Shown: positions 26,402 through 40,053 of the stretch, piece by piece | How the letters are laid out: each line of letters begins with the position of its first letter | Position numbering within the stretch: the first letter of the stretch is position 1 | DNA from: Acanthaster planci | Taxonomy: Eukaryota | DNA length: 64,000 nucleotides | NCBI RefSeq assembly: GCF_001949145.1 | Contig: NW_019091356.1 | Span: forward strand, 3,640,934-3,704,933 | Direction of reading: 5' to 3' | Made by a program: the position numbers and the translations under genes | The notes under the pieces: model-generated | The model's input: only the letters and a program-made list of their open reading frames with translations | What the model was told of the DNA's origin: nothing | Databases searched by the model: none

Positions 26402-29400
26402 CAGAAATTGTCATTGTCTTCTCTAAGGTCTTCGAAGTCTTGCAATAACACAACAGTGGTCCAAGAATCATCCCTGGCATCGAAAGGCAAAGCGCATTAC
26501 AGTGCGTCAAACGTTGCCGCCATCTTGGATTACTTTTGCGAATCTCCCCTGAAACACTGTCCTTTTGAATTTGGAAATAAAGGCACTCACCACCAGCAAT
26601 CATCCACTGGTGGGGAATATCCAGCCACAATCAAGGCTTAAAGTTTGACATTGCCACTATTTTTGGGCGGACAGTGTACCCAAATTTGAATTATTCATGT
26701 ACCTTTGAACTGAGTAAAAGCGCATGCTTGCTAGCATCAAGGTTTGTTGCGGTTTGCACCTGCTTGTCGATGACACGAATTTCAAAAATGTTCGCCCAAA
26801 CTGCGTCAGTGTGTCTGCAATGTAGGATCTGGCATTATTCGAAAGTGAAACAGTGCATGTGACTTTACACAGTCATTCTCTCTGGGGCCTGTTTGAGTTA
26901 GGTCCCATTAACAGAATTAGTTCTTCAGCCTTGGACACCTTTCATTGCTTAAAAAATGCCATCACCGCCAACAGTATTACTTCGGGGGCCGTATCCATGG
27001 TTACCTTTGTAAATTTCTTGATTGAACTGCTGAAATCAACAATGTACAGATAAGGAAGGTCAAGATCGAAGACAGATTTCTTTTGTATAAAAAAAGATGG
27101 TGTTCACCGCCGTGCCATAATTATTTTAGAAAGAAAACTGCCAAAATTCAAGTGTTAAATTGTACACTGGACATTTAAACTTAGCGTCAGGTTACGGTTA
27201 AAAAAATCGACAGATGTAACAGTATGTCCAAGTTTTAAGACAATTCTTTTGCAGTGTATATAGAACAATTTCATCGCTTTTTTTAAAAATTCAGTTTTCT
27301 ATGGCACAACATTGTGCAATATCCCTCTGCATACTTTCAAATACAAAAAGCTGAACTCGGTGATTATGTATTTCGCGTGCAGCGGATTTTTAGAATTTAC
27401 GATCTCTAGAAGAACAATGGCGGTTAAGGGGGCTACTGTCGAAACTATGCCTACAGTATAAAAAAAAGAAAAAAGTCCAATAGATCGCGCTATATGAGTT
27501 TCATTTCTTCATTTTTCTTTATAATTGTGCATGTTTTTGTCATTTTTATTTTTCATGTAAGAATTGTTTGCATGCATACTACGCCTCTGATGGAATGAAA
27601 TATTTTCGTGATAGTTCACGATCTCATTCGTTTTTAGGTTTCTAGCTGGGGGCCGGACTGGAAGATTAAAATAAAATCCATTACAAGCCGATTCATGATA
27701 AGAGAGACGAATATAATGATCATTTAGATGATTAAATTCAGCAAAGACTTTTTGGGGCATGAGAAAACTCCTACACTTGCAGGAACAAGTATGATTCAAT
27801 GTACTTTTGGCCGACAGATCTTTTAGAGCTAAGAATCTAATTCACCCACTACATGTGTTGCTCGGCTTCGATTTTTGCTTGTCTTAAATATTTAGACAAA
27901 TCTGAGCTGTTCCTATCGACGAACGTTGTCATTTTTTATTATTCGCCGATTTTTTTGTGTGGATATCAATGTAAAGTAACGGAGCAAATATAATGTAATA
28001 TATTGGATGAATTACGAGACAGATTATTTTATTTCTTGTACAAAAATTATTTATCTTGTTAATATTGAATCTATTTCACAATTATGTTTTTATGAAATAA
28101 TTGAAATGCTAGCAAAAAGGTTTTGGCTCGATATCATTGTTTTTGTACTTTGGGGAAATGGTGATAAGGAAATGATTTTTAATAATTAAAAAAGGGAAAA
28201 TGCGGATCAAAATTTTTATCTAACGGTTACATAAGTCGATCCTGGTCAGCAATTTGAGGTTCGCCCTCAAGCAAAGCTCGAATTTCGCAATAAAATGATC
28301 TCACCACAGAAAAGAAGAGTCGTGGGTTTCATGTCATTATTGATGTGGTGCATGCCTTTTTGCGGTCACGTGACCTTCTGAATAATGAATCACATTTTGT
28401 CCTCTACTTTGAAACGGAAAATGGAGACTGGGGAGGGTGGGTAGCTGATGGGCGCGCATCATCTGTGGCCGCGTGTGCTGTGTCAAACAAGCGAGACGGT
28501 GGGGACGAGGTTAAACACGAGTTACCTCCTGCAAGGTATTTATCGGATGCACCCATAGTGTTCGTGTTGCTCTTCTCTAGCCCTCACCTCGACCCCTCCC
28601 CCCCCCACCGTGACGACCGGGAACACGATTCTGGTATGCAAATGGTGGGTGGTGGATTTTAAAAAAGACAACAAAGTTTACAAAGATCTTAGTTTAATTC
28701 GGTTATTACCCCTCTTTTGACGATCAGGCTCTCGCAAATCTACCCTTCTTGGGTCCTCTCTCTTCAGAACTGCAGATCCAGCAAAATATTTAGTGTGAGG
28801 AGTCTCACTCACCCATTGCAACTGAAACCAACCCTACATCTACTTATGTTCTGCTAATTCTTCTCCAATAAAGTATATACATTAGCATTGTTTTCAGAGG
28901 GAAATACAGCCGAGGCGGCATTTTCGTCCGCTGGGTTGTTAATTTGATCTCAAGGATTGCTGCAGACGTATTGCTAGAATGCCAGAATTTTTCGCGGTCG
29001 AGTACGAAGGGCTTTTTATGAAGTGCCGGTGGGCTTGGGCCCCGTGCAAACCGGTGCAGCACTTACACACCACTTCCTTCGACTTGATGGGTAATTAAAG
29101 GGCTTAGGTGCCTATAAACACTGACTGGATATCGTCATTTCTTCCTAGCAACGCGGCCCTGTTCTCTTTTTTTTTTATAAATTCGCCTTGCCAACAGGTG
29201 TACAGGCGAGCAAAAATTCCCGCGCTCAGCACAATACGGCAAGAGCCCTTCAGCCACGCGAGCTGTTTGTTTTAGCGATCGAAATATCTGCATAAACTCG
29301 TGGGCGAAACCGCTGGGTTGAGATAGCTGTAGAAGAAAAAAAAGGAAAGAGAAAGAGGAAAACAATGAGATAAAATGGCTAATCATTTGTAGAAATCGAG

Positions 29401-29953
29401 CGTGGATTATGGGAGTTTGCATCCCTGCATGCGTACGGTTGACAGTCAAACATCAAACAAAACGCGCGTGTTTATGTTCGAAATTCAATGGGTATAGGCT
29501 GCCATTTTTCATAGTCGCATACCAATACAAAAGCGATTAGGAACTGCCTGCGATGGCTCGCGTTTCCTTCTTGTTTTCTCCTCAGTACCTTAGTTTCTAC
29601 CGATTTGTTCTCTTGAGGATGATCGATCTTTAAATGTGGGAATGAGCGGCCCATGCTGCCTTCCTTTTCTGCCCTTTCAAACAGAAGATAGGAGACGACT
29701 TAACACGCAGAACCTTTAATTGGGCTTATCAGTTCGCAAACACCAAACAGAAAGAATTATCCATTCATCACTCTGTCTATTTCAAATTTAGCCAAGCCCA
29801 TCTCGTCTCTAGTTCTTCCACTGAAAAACTTTTGTTTCTGCTCTGCTCTGGAACACCAAAAATACGTCACTGTGCTGTTATTTTACGTGGACAAAAAAAT
29901 GCTTCTTATGTTGCATGGTACTGTGTTGCGTTATGCTGTCCACTACTGTTCTC

Positions 29954-30179
29954 GGCCCAATTTCATAGAGCTCTTTAAGCACAAAATTTGCTTAAGCGCG
30001 AAAAAACCTTACTTGATAAAGTAGGTGACCAGCCAAAACTCCATGTGATGTATATTCTTTGGGACTGTATCTAGCTGTTTTTGGTTAGCATGATTATCAG
30101 ATAGAGTTTGAGCTGGTAACCTTTGTTTATTAAGCACAGTTTTTTCCTGCTTAAACAGATTTTGTGCTTAAGCAGCTCT
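29954..30179. mobile_element. MITE with truncated right TIR, inserted in a degenerate pentamer microsatellite
   Basis: Left end GGCCCAATTTCATAGAGCTCTTTAAGCACAAAAT and right end ATTTTGTGCTTAAGCAGCTCT form an inverted pair. Confidence 0.65.
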
Positions 30180-30630
30180 CTGGTTGTTCTGTACGATGCT
30201 GTTGCTCCATACTGTTGCACTACCCTTGCTATTGTGACGTGCCCTGTTGCATTACGTTACGTGTTTTGTTGTGCTATAGAGTACCAAAGTGAATACGTCA
30301 CACGCACAATTAGTGTGTAAAAGGCATTAGCGCGAGAACCAGCGCGTGAACCAACACGCGCGCGTACTCCATTCGTTTGCACTGCACTTTCTGGTTCACA
30401 GTGACGTCACACTTCGGTACTCTATGTTGTCTCGGTTGACTTGTACCGTCGTGTTCCACTATCCTTTCTTTAGATTGTTGTACTGTTTTGTGTGGTTAAG
30501 GCAGTGGAACGGGAAGGACACTTATCTTCTTGCCTTTCCTCTTTTTGTGTGTGTAATCAACTAGCCTACATTACATGAATTTGGTATTCAAATAAAGAAA
30601 CAAATAAATATGTCAAATTAAATGCATGCA

Positions 30631-30798
30631 CGGGCGTTTCACGATAGTGCGCCTCCAAGAGTTTGCAAAGCGTTGGCCAATCACAATGCGCGAAATCTGT
30701 CGACCCAGTGTGCGTTTGGAAAGGGTCGACAAATTTCGCGCGTTGTGATTGGCCAACGCGTTGCAAACTCTTGGAGGCGCACTATTGTGAATCGCCCG
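30631..30798. mobile_element. Fold-back MITE, copy 2 (opposite orientation)
   Basis: Same arms as the copy at 9050. The central spacer between the GTCGAC sites is nearly the reverse complement of that in copy 1. Confidence 0.85.
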
Positions 30799-33700
30799 TA
30801 TTGTGTTGACATGCTAATTGGGGCAGCATGGGGCACGCCCCCTCCCCCACTCTAGGCCTGTACCCTCACCCCGCTCAGAATTAGAAAAGGAATAAATCAT
30901 GATGGCCCGTTTAGGTCAGTGTTTTAACCTGCACCGAACTAGAGCTGTATAAGTTTGCGCCAACTTCACACTTTGGAACCAAAATGGCTGTTCACTATGT
31001 GTGCAGTACAGTGTGCAGCTATTGTGTGCTCATTATCCAAGAGCACTGACGAGCAATCCACCATTTTGGTTTCAACAGTTCAGACACTCATGTCGCAACT
31101 CTCTTTATACAGCCCTGGACCGAACCTACTGTGCGCCCTCCACAAAAATGTGGGACACACAAGCCCACCCTTCCCTGCAAAATGTACTCAAACTGCTGCA
31201 CTGCTCCAACATCGTCAGCTTGCTTATGAACGATGTTATTATTTATCTTATTTCAGATAAAGCGCTCTGTGTAGTATAATGCATATACTATGCACCTACC
31301 CAGGGGTACAAGTGGTCAAGCGATTACGGCTTGTGACTGCTGGTTAGAGGATTGGAGGTATGAATCCTACGTTGCCCTAGATACACTCCGACCTGATTAG
31401 CCCAAATGTCCCTGAAAATACTCGAATTAAACAATCCCGGCACTGTGTGCTCGAATCCCATCTCTGTTGAACATGTAAATAAGGCCAATAACGCATCATT
31501 TCTCATGCTGGTTCATTAAAAATATTCTCTGCATTTTCCAGTAGAAATTATGGCAGGACATGAGAGCGCATTGGCCCTTTTAGAATGACGTTCACTGATG
31601 ATCAGCAGCTCATGGTTTGAGCTTTAGAAAAAAAAAGTCAGGAGGGGTCAGATTCTTTGTGGGCGGGGCAGGTATAGAAGACAAGAGGTACTGCGTAGGG
31701 GATTTTTTTTTTTAGCGAACGACTCTCTCAACAATTTGCACAAAGTTAAAAGCACTTTTCACCAATTCCCCAGCTTTCAGAAATGCCCAATTTAAGAGGA
31801 AAATTTTGCTACCCAAAATCTCTCCTCTACTGTTACCTACAGCTACGCCCCCCTGAAAAACTTTCTTTATAGTTGTGTGTTCTCAAGCTGGAAAATTCTG
31901 TGGCTGAATTTTAAAAATCAAACTTCTGTTAATTTTTACCTTTCTTTATAAAAAAACATCAAAATGTCTTCACCCCTAAAATGTGATGTGGCCTACACAT
32001 CTTGTCTGAAAAGAGTTTGAAAATGTTGTCCAACGGAAGGGAAAAGCCACTAATACCGGCACCAAAAATTTACGTTCCACTTATTTTTTTTTACCGAGTT
32101 GCAAAACAAACTGAGTTTGGGAAAGTGAGTTCGTGGCGTCCGGGGAATGACAGATTGCGCTGGAGGTCTGTATCAGGGACAACATCGACCGGCCAATTCA
32201 GCCGCACGTGATCAGGACGGCACCAAACGATGGTCCACGGCCCTACATTTCTTCATCTGTCATTCTTTAACGAGAGAAATGAAGACATGGAAACCACGGC
32301 GGGTCATACTAAAAGAAAGAAAACGTTGGATTTGGGGTTTGGGGCAGGTGACTGTGTAATGAGGGCCCAGAAAAATGTGAGAGTTTGTCTCTAAAATTGG
32401 AAATCTTGTGCGCAGATTCGAATTGTTTTTCGAGCGTCCCCTAAAGTGGAACATTTTAGGAACAGAAGTTGACCGCGTCGTTTTTTAAGGGGGGGGGTCT
32501 CGATAGTTAAAGCGCGGCAGACTGCAGACGGCTGGTTCATTTCCATCACAATCATCGCACGCGTTGCCGTCGAAACATGTTGTTGCATCGACGTAAACTT
32601 TTTTTCCACCGCCCGACGCTCTGCCGCAGTTCAACATGGCGGCGATTTCGTCTGCTAGGGCTCGGCGTCTCGGTTGAGGTAACACGACATAGCCTATCCG
32701 GCTCCAATATGCTGGATGATAAGCCTGGACTATGGCGGACGCAGGAGAGTTCAAGAGCAGATTCAGACGAGCGAAGTTAATAAGCCAAAAGAAGACAATT
32801 GGCCACAGCAATGACTCTTGGTCTTTCAACTCTTCAACAACAGGTGCCTATGTTACAAGACCATCGAGTGTCAACGCCCCCTTTTAATTTTTTTTTTTCA
32901 AACTTGATAATCAGTGAGTCTTTTATGCCTCTGCAGGGGTGTATAGAGGACCAAGAGGAAATAGTCTCCCCCCCCCCTTCCGTTGAGGTGGCGAGTAATG
33001 ATTATTATAAGGCTTTTACTTGTTGACTGCAGCTGGAGATTGGAGGCCAAGTTTTTTGGGGGTATCTAAACCAGCAGCTGGGGTGAGCCAAGAAGGAGCA
33101 CAGCCCCGGCTCAAAGACGGTCCCGGGACCGCTCATACAATATCGGAGAATCGTGTCTCGTTCAGACCTTGTCTTTAATGTCCCATTTGTCATTGTTCCT
33201 GCACAATGTATGCACAGTTAGAAATGACGTGCCGGATGAAAACACACTTTTCAATTATCTTGCCATAATGTAAGCTGTGCGGCAAACAAACGAGCACTTG
33301 GCGGGCATTGTTGGCGGGAGAGGGCCAGCGACTGGGAGCGATCCAGGCCCGACTACGACTGCCGTCTCGGCCACCCGTTCGACGCCTTCGCTGGGGCTTT
33401 GTTAGGCGCGCTTGACACACTCAGATTCAAAGAAACCACCGCAGAATATTCTCCTATCACCTGCCACCATGAACACCATTATTAATGCCATCGTCAGGCC
33501 GCTCGCTTGCTGAGCTAATTGCGTCGCTTCATTGGCAGACGAACTCCGCCAGCCGAGCTGGGGACAGCCGCCGTTCCGTGCCGCGCACCCGAGCAGGGTA
33601 GGTACAATACACACACAAACAAAGACTAGACCATCGCAGTTTTGTGTACTAATCTCAGAGCTTCGCTTTAGCAGATGTTTCGAATTGAAGTGCAAATACA

Positions 33701-36700
33701 CCACGAAAAGTCTTGCCAGTCATGAGAAAAAATAACGAGGAAAATTGTGGAAAGTTTGGCCGAGAAAGGAGAGCGAGACGCCACGAGCAGCGACGGGGCG
33801 ATTTGCCGAGGGATAGCCGGCAAGTAACGACCCCTTCTCGGCGGGCTCTGTACGGGTTCTGCTACTTCACCGCTAGATTAGATAATTCAGAGAATGCGGG
33901 CACGTTGAACATCATTAATCAATCGCGAACAATGCCACACGGACAGGCTCGGCACGCCCAAACTCAGCCGACCGCTCTCGCCGAACTTTCTGAAGGGCGC
34001 GTCTAGGGAGCAGTGTCGGTTGAGCGGGCCCTTGGTACCCTTGTCCAGGGGACTCAAGATGGCCATGACACGTCGAAAGGACAAGGTAATATGACGCTTT
34101 ATTGGGAACGTGCTGCGGTGATTTTTACGCTGTACTTGCGAGTCAAAAAACGGCAAAACGCCGAGTGCCGAAAACTGGCAGCAAAACTTTGGATATTTTC
34201 TCATCGTTTTTTGGTGCAGTTTTCAAGTCCAACGTGCCCTTAAATACACTTATTATGTAGTGTATTTATCACAAGATATATCCCCACCCTCCCCTGGAAT
34301 CCCCACCCCCTCGTGACGCCACGAAAAACGCTCAAACAGCGCCGCTGCTGACGCGCGCCAAACTTTGCCCAACTTTGCCAAACTTTTAGCAAATTGAAAA
34401 GAAGTTTGGCAAAGTGACTGCGCATGCGTCATTGTGTGGTCGTGTACAAGTCCATTCAAGCATAACAAAAGTGCTGCACTGCACAATGTAATGCGGTCAC
34501 ATGGACGTATGGCTTGTGTGGACGGGAACTCGCCCGGGTTCTGACGCGGTTTTCGTGCAGGCTCCTGCCCGCCAAATCACGCCTTGCGTTTGGGCCGCGA
34601 ATAATTCCCAAAAAGTGAAAATTTCAGCCAATTTTCGGCGGAAAAGCGTGGGGATTTGGAGAATGAGGCTGTTCCCGGCAAGCCGGTGTTTTGGAAGGGT
34701 TGAATTCGCGAGGGGAGGCGCGGTATCTACCCCTCGCGCACAGGGAGAAGGGTAAAAACTAGGCTCTTCCTGCGTCATACATTATCTGCAAATGGATCTG
34801 ACGCAAATATCTAATATTTATTCTCCTTTGTTTTATCATATTTTGAACAGGAAACTTTATTTTTTTTCCAGTGTCTCTTAAGGTCAACATTTTCCCTTCA
34901 AATTGGACGGCTTTTAATAATGACCCGCACTGGATAACTTAAGTGACCTTTCCTTTGACCCTAGATAGTGATATGGAGTAGACCGTACATTGACAACCAA
35001 ACATTCACTTCTACGTGAAAAAATGTTCGCAAGAGACAATAAAAGCATGTAACTTTTTCTGAGAACATTGTTTTAAATTTTCTGCCTCTTCCACGTCGAG
35101 AGAGCAAGTGGTTTACCGTACATCGTTTTTGGGACACAACCTTTTTTTGAAAACTGCCCTCGATTTGGCACGAGGACTGAGGCATCGATACCACGCATAG
35201 AAATGCCCGTCGATTGAGCCGTTTCGCGTTTGTGGCGAAAATAACTATGCCTCCAATTTGCACTGTTTAAGCCGGATTTTAAAAGCGCAAAGTATAATCT
35301 TTCGTATTATATTTCACTGTAGAAAATCCCTTCCTTACATCAACCTCTCCTCATTTTACATAAAGCCACGGCAAGTGCAAGAAGTATTCCAGTTGGGTCT
35401 AGCCAGATGAAATTTTAGACTCGGGAAATGCGAAAAACAGCTTGTTTGCAATTCCACCACTATTTTAAAGCGATTTTTATTAATTTTTGTCTTCTCTGTT
35501 GTTCCACATCTCGGTGGATCTTCGTACGAGAATAACATCTTATTAAATAATATTCCTTTTCAACAATTTTGACCAACATTTTGGATTTAAAAAAAATCCA
35601 CATTTAATGAAGATAGAACTCAGAATCGACATCTTTGATGGTGATGGGTGGATCAAGTTTCCTTTTCTGGATATGGCCTGACAAATTGTGTCCAAGTTTG
35701 TGTAATTTAGGGGGATTTTTTTTTTGAGCAAACTGCAAACGGGACTTTTTTGTTGCTTAGAATGATCTCTCCTTTTTCTTGATAAGGGCTGCGGCATCAT
35801 GGCCCGGTGCACGTTATGTGTCTGAGCATTGCCTCCGTGTCCGCCCCCATTTGTAATGCAAACCAACCACAGAGCTTTGCCTGCGTTGTACGAAATGTCT
35901 TTTAAAATTATGATTAGGCCTATGGGCTTTTTTCCCTTCTCATATCTCTACTTGCGGGTCTGTTGAGGTCCAAAGGCCGGTAGGTTACAGGGCTCAAGGA
36001 ACAAGGGTATGCATGTGTGACGTCTGGGAGAAATATAATTAATGACATATGATTGTCCTAGTTTGGAGGGGGAAACTATTGTTTCGTGGGGGCACGGCTG
36101 GCATGAAAAAAAAAAGTCGGCACCGTTTAGCAGCACATTGTGAAATGACCGCGTATACAAAGGCGATATGTGACTGGATAATGTGGCATGATTCGTTGCA
36201 GACGGCACGGGTACGCATAGAGACCACGATCAGCCGGCGGCGCACCAAACACAACAATTAACACATCCACCGCCAAATGTAATGGCCATTTTGAATGAGT
36301 AATGTGGTATCTCGAAAAGGAAAAATCCATTCTAAAATTAAATTCATTTTAAAATGTAGTGGTATACCGAGTAAGTGTTTCATGATTTTTCCGATTGTTA
36401 TCATTGCTCTTATGTTTCGACTCCTACAGCAAAAGCAATTCTGACTGATTCACTTGATTTGTTATCGGCTCAATGATAAAGATATTTGTCATTTATCAAA
36501 TGCATTTTTAATCTAGTTATTTTAATGATGCATGCATAATTGAAGAGACATGACAATCATTACCTCAAAATTTCATTCAGTGTTGCTCTCATGAAGTGGA
36601 CTTTAATTGCTCAATATTTTTTCTTACAGACTTTCTTGTACAAACAACATAATCCAGAATTTCAGTTTGTATTTAAGCATTATTCAAATTTATTCTATAA

Positions 36701-39700
36701 GAGAGTAATGCGTTATAGCCATCTCTAGACGTCTTCATAAAGCTAAAATTATTTTGGTTGTAATAACTACCACAAACGAGGAAAGAATAAGTGAGTTAGG
36801 ATGCAAGGTATCACCAGATATTTAATGAAAACGGTTATGCTTATTGTCCCTGCGAAGGAAAAAAAATCGAATCTTCAATTTAAACAAAAATATAGAATTC
36901 CCAGCCCGCTTCTGTGTACATCAGGTGACCGACAACACATGGCTCAAAGTGTGAAGTGCACCACGTTCTATGTGTGCTTGCTTCTATTGCAGCCTTTGTT
37001 TGCGCTCATTCATACAGTCGTCGCATTTGAAGAACACAGAACTGACAAAGCGTTGATGCTTTTGACCGTCGTCTATCTGAAAATTCCCCAAACGGGAAAA
37101 AGGCATTCGACAAAGCACAGTTAAATGTTAAATTGAAACTTTTCAGACATCTGACTTTGTGTACTGACAGTCCCTAAGGATTAGGCCAACCTACACTGAA
37201 CTGTCATAAAGGTCACTCCGGCAGAACTTTTTACTGTGAATTAGCTTTAAATTGAAACAAGTTTGAGTTGATTACAAATCAGGTCAAATCAAATCCTATC
37301 AAATACTGCAGAAGCTTCTAAACTCATAATTGCCATTTAAAAGATGTTTTTCGTCATGAGCCGATACTTTCCAATAAGGTTTTTGTACGCGTTACAGACA
37401 CCCAACGACGTGTGGCCGCCGTGGAACTAATACCCTACTTTTTACGAATGCCTCTCGTCAAAACTGATTTAATTGTGTTCTTTTTGCATTCGCTACACGT
37501 AAGAACAAATGAAGTGCACAATACTCAATTTCAAGGTTCATTTGAGCTTTTGCGGTTCAGTCTGCTAGCTGCACGAACATCGGATGGATCTACAACCTCG
37601 TATTAAAGTAATGAAGAAAGCCCTGATTTTTGGTCAGTGGTAACGGTATTTCTGCACAAGCTGGTCATTGGGGGCCGGGAACGAGTTCACATCACGCTGC
37701 CCGACGGAAGTGACGACTACTAGTCTCGCACAAATTTGTGGAAAGACACGCAAGGCATTGTGGCCATAATGATCTCGAGCGTGTCGGGGAAATGCCGATT
37801 CCATCCCTCTCTCTAACACAACAGTTGTCCAGTGACAGCACAAAGAAATCGGTGGTCACCAACGCCCTTTAGCTCTTGAAGGAAATAGGCAGAATATCGA
37901 CAGAGGGCGTTCTGTGCAGAGCTCTCCAAAAAGGCGGGGCGGCATTCTCACAGCAAAATGGCATATTACCGCCTTGTTTGTTATAGGATTGGCGCAGCTA
38001 ATAGGTATGAATTTCAGTTAAAGCCACCCCAAACCCGCCCTGGTATTTTGCGATTGTGTTTATGTAAACAGTTCTGGGCTGAAATTACTCATGTTACCAA
38101 AGACAAAGCGGCGAATGTAAAATGTTCCCGGAATTTTCAAGTTGCATAAATGTTCTCTTCTTCTGAGGGCGCTCGACAATTAGTTTATTATACAACATTG
38201 TGTACATTGAATATCAAATAGGGCAATGTCAAATATGGACATTTTGTATCCCGGCGAAGAAGCAAACGTGATCGTGGGTGTATGTATTATGTATAATCTA
38301 CGCATGGCAGGAACAAATCAAACATATAGTAAACTGAATCTGCTTGCCCCGACGAAGGTACCCAGTTACCGAAAGCTCAGCTAAAAGATAATTCAGAGCA
38401 CTAATGGTATAATTAAATTTTTGTCAATAAACATATAGTGATTTGATTTACCTGCCCTGAGAGACATATTTATGACAGTTTGATGATTATTTAACCGCGT
38501 GTTCTTCATAGCCCGTTATAAAAAAATAATGTTGTGTTAATGAACTTTAAAAATCGTGGGACACACAGCACATGTTTTTTTTCTTATGTGCCTAGTGCTC
38601 AGTGGTGCGTGTCCGCCGACAATTCCTTTTCAAACTGAACTCAAGCCAGCCGCCTTTCAACATTACACCAAAAAAAAATTCGACAAATCAGAAAAATGCA
38701 TCTGGGACAGGAACAAGGGGGAATTTGTTGCAACAGGCTTAAAAAATGGTTCACGGAGGGGATAACTTTTGTAGCGCGACCCTTTGCCTTACAATTAGGT
38801 CAGTAGAAAAAGGAGACGCAGAGTTCAACCACGGGTTCAGTGCCGATCGGCGGGCGACGCGACAGAGCCAAACCCTGTTTTGTTCGCCAATTTGTTCGGA
38901 GGGGTCGTTGTAAACGGGGGAATCTTTGTTGGCGTCATGTCCCCGTTTTGCGGTCCGCCCCTATTATTTAATGGATGTTCTGTCTGCACTATTGAAACTA
39001 TCTCTGTTGGTTTCATGTGTACTTTCTGTATACGGTCCTTTTCTTTTGGTCCTACCCACTCACCCCCCCCCCGTAATTCATACGCGCAATCTATGACCGA
39101 TTTCTTTCCTTTTCTTTTCTTTTGATGGATTTTTAATTTTCTATATATTTATTTTTGGGGAGGAGAATTATCCCCTTGTTGAGAAAATCACTTTCAGAGA
39201 TTGGCTTTGCCATATTTTATCTTATATGTTTTTAGGGGCTTTGTTTTATTTATAGTTAATGCAGTCATTCTTTATTCCTTTAGATAATAAAATACCAAAA
39301 ACACTTGAACACAAATTCCAGGTCCTAATTGCCATGCAAGAACTTTCCTTCAACTGTTTCAGAAAATATCCTAAATATCAGTTCCTGAAGGAAATTCTGA
39401 AATAAGTTGAGGCCCAACCGATTTGAAGTTCCCTCTGCCAATTTGCACGACACGACCTTTTAAATACAGTGTTGCCAGTATGTTCAAAGAGATGGAAGGA
39501 TGAATAAATTTTATTCTAAAATAAAATCTGGCTACTGCCTTTGAAACCAAGTTTACCTCAGTACAATGGTCATCTTTGATTAATCAAAGGTATCTTTGGA
39601 TTCGTGAATCAGGATTCAGTTGAACAATAAAGACTAACTATAGGGCGGTAACACCTATAAAACATGCATGAGTCCCCTACCCTTAATCTCCCCAGGAAGA

Positions 39701-39799
39701 ATTCTGCAGGAAAGTAGCGGAAACAATTTTCATTACTAAGTTTATTCCTTTCTTGAAGTGTGCACCACAGACATAAATAACCCATAAATATGGAGGGCA

Positions 39800-39875
39800 C
39801 ACGCTTTGCTGAATAGCGCCCTCGTCTTGCTGGAACGAAATAAATAATAAAAGGAGTTTCAAAATGGCGGCGCCC
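39800..39875 (+). promoter_or_regulatory. LanCL promoter/TSS region with YY1-type motif
   Basis: CAAAATGGCGGC at 39860-39871, about 90 bp upstream of the start codon. Confidence 0.5.
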
Positions 39876-39954
39876 GGGGTTTGGGATTTCGGTCGTCTGC
39901 ATTGTTGTTGTAAACGCTTTCAAGGATAATCCTTGAAACCGAGTCTGCAAAACA

Positions 39955-40053
39955 ATGAGTAAACGAAAACGCCAGGAAGGAGAGATGGAGCCCAGGGAAT
40001 TTGCAAATAAGTTCAGTCCTTTTAGTGGAGAAATATCGGAAAGGTGGCAACAG
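39955..40053 (+). CDS. LANCL2: LanC-like protein (LANCL1/2-type), exon 1
   Basis: MSKRKRQEGEMEPREFANKFSPF resembles human LANCL2 MSKRLK...EMEERAFVNPF. There is an in-frame TGA upstream at 39934, and the donor is CAG|GTTTGA (phase 0). Confidence 0.8.
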
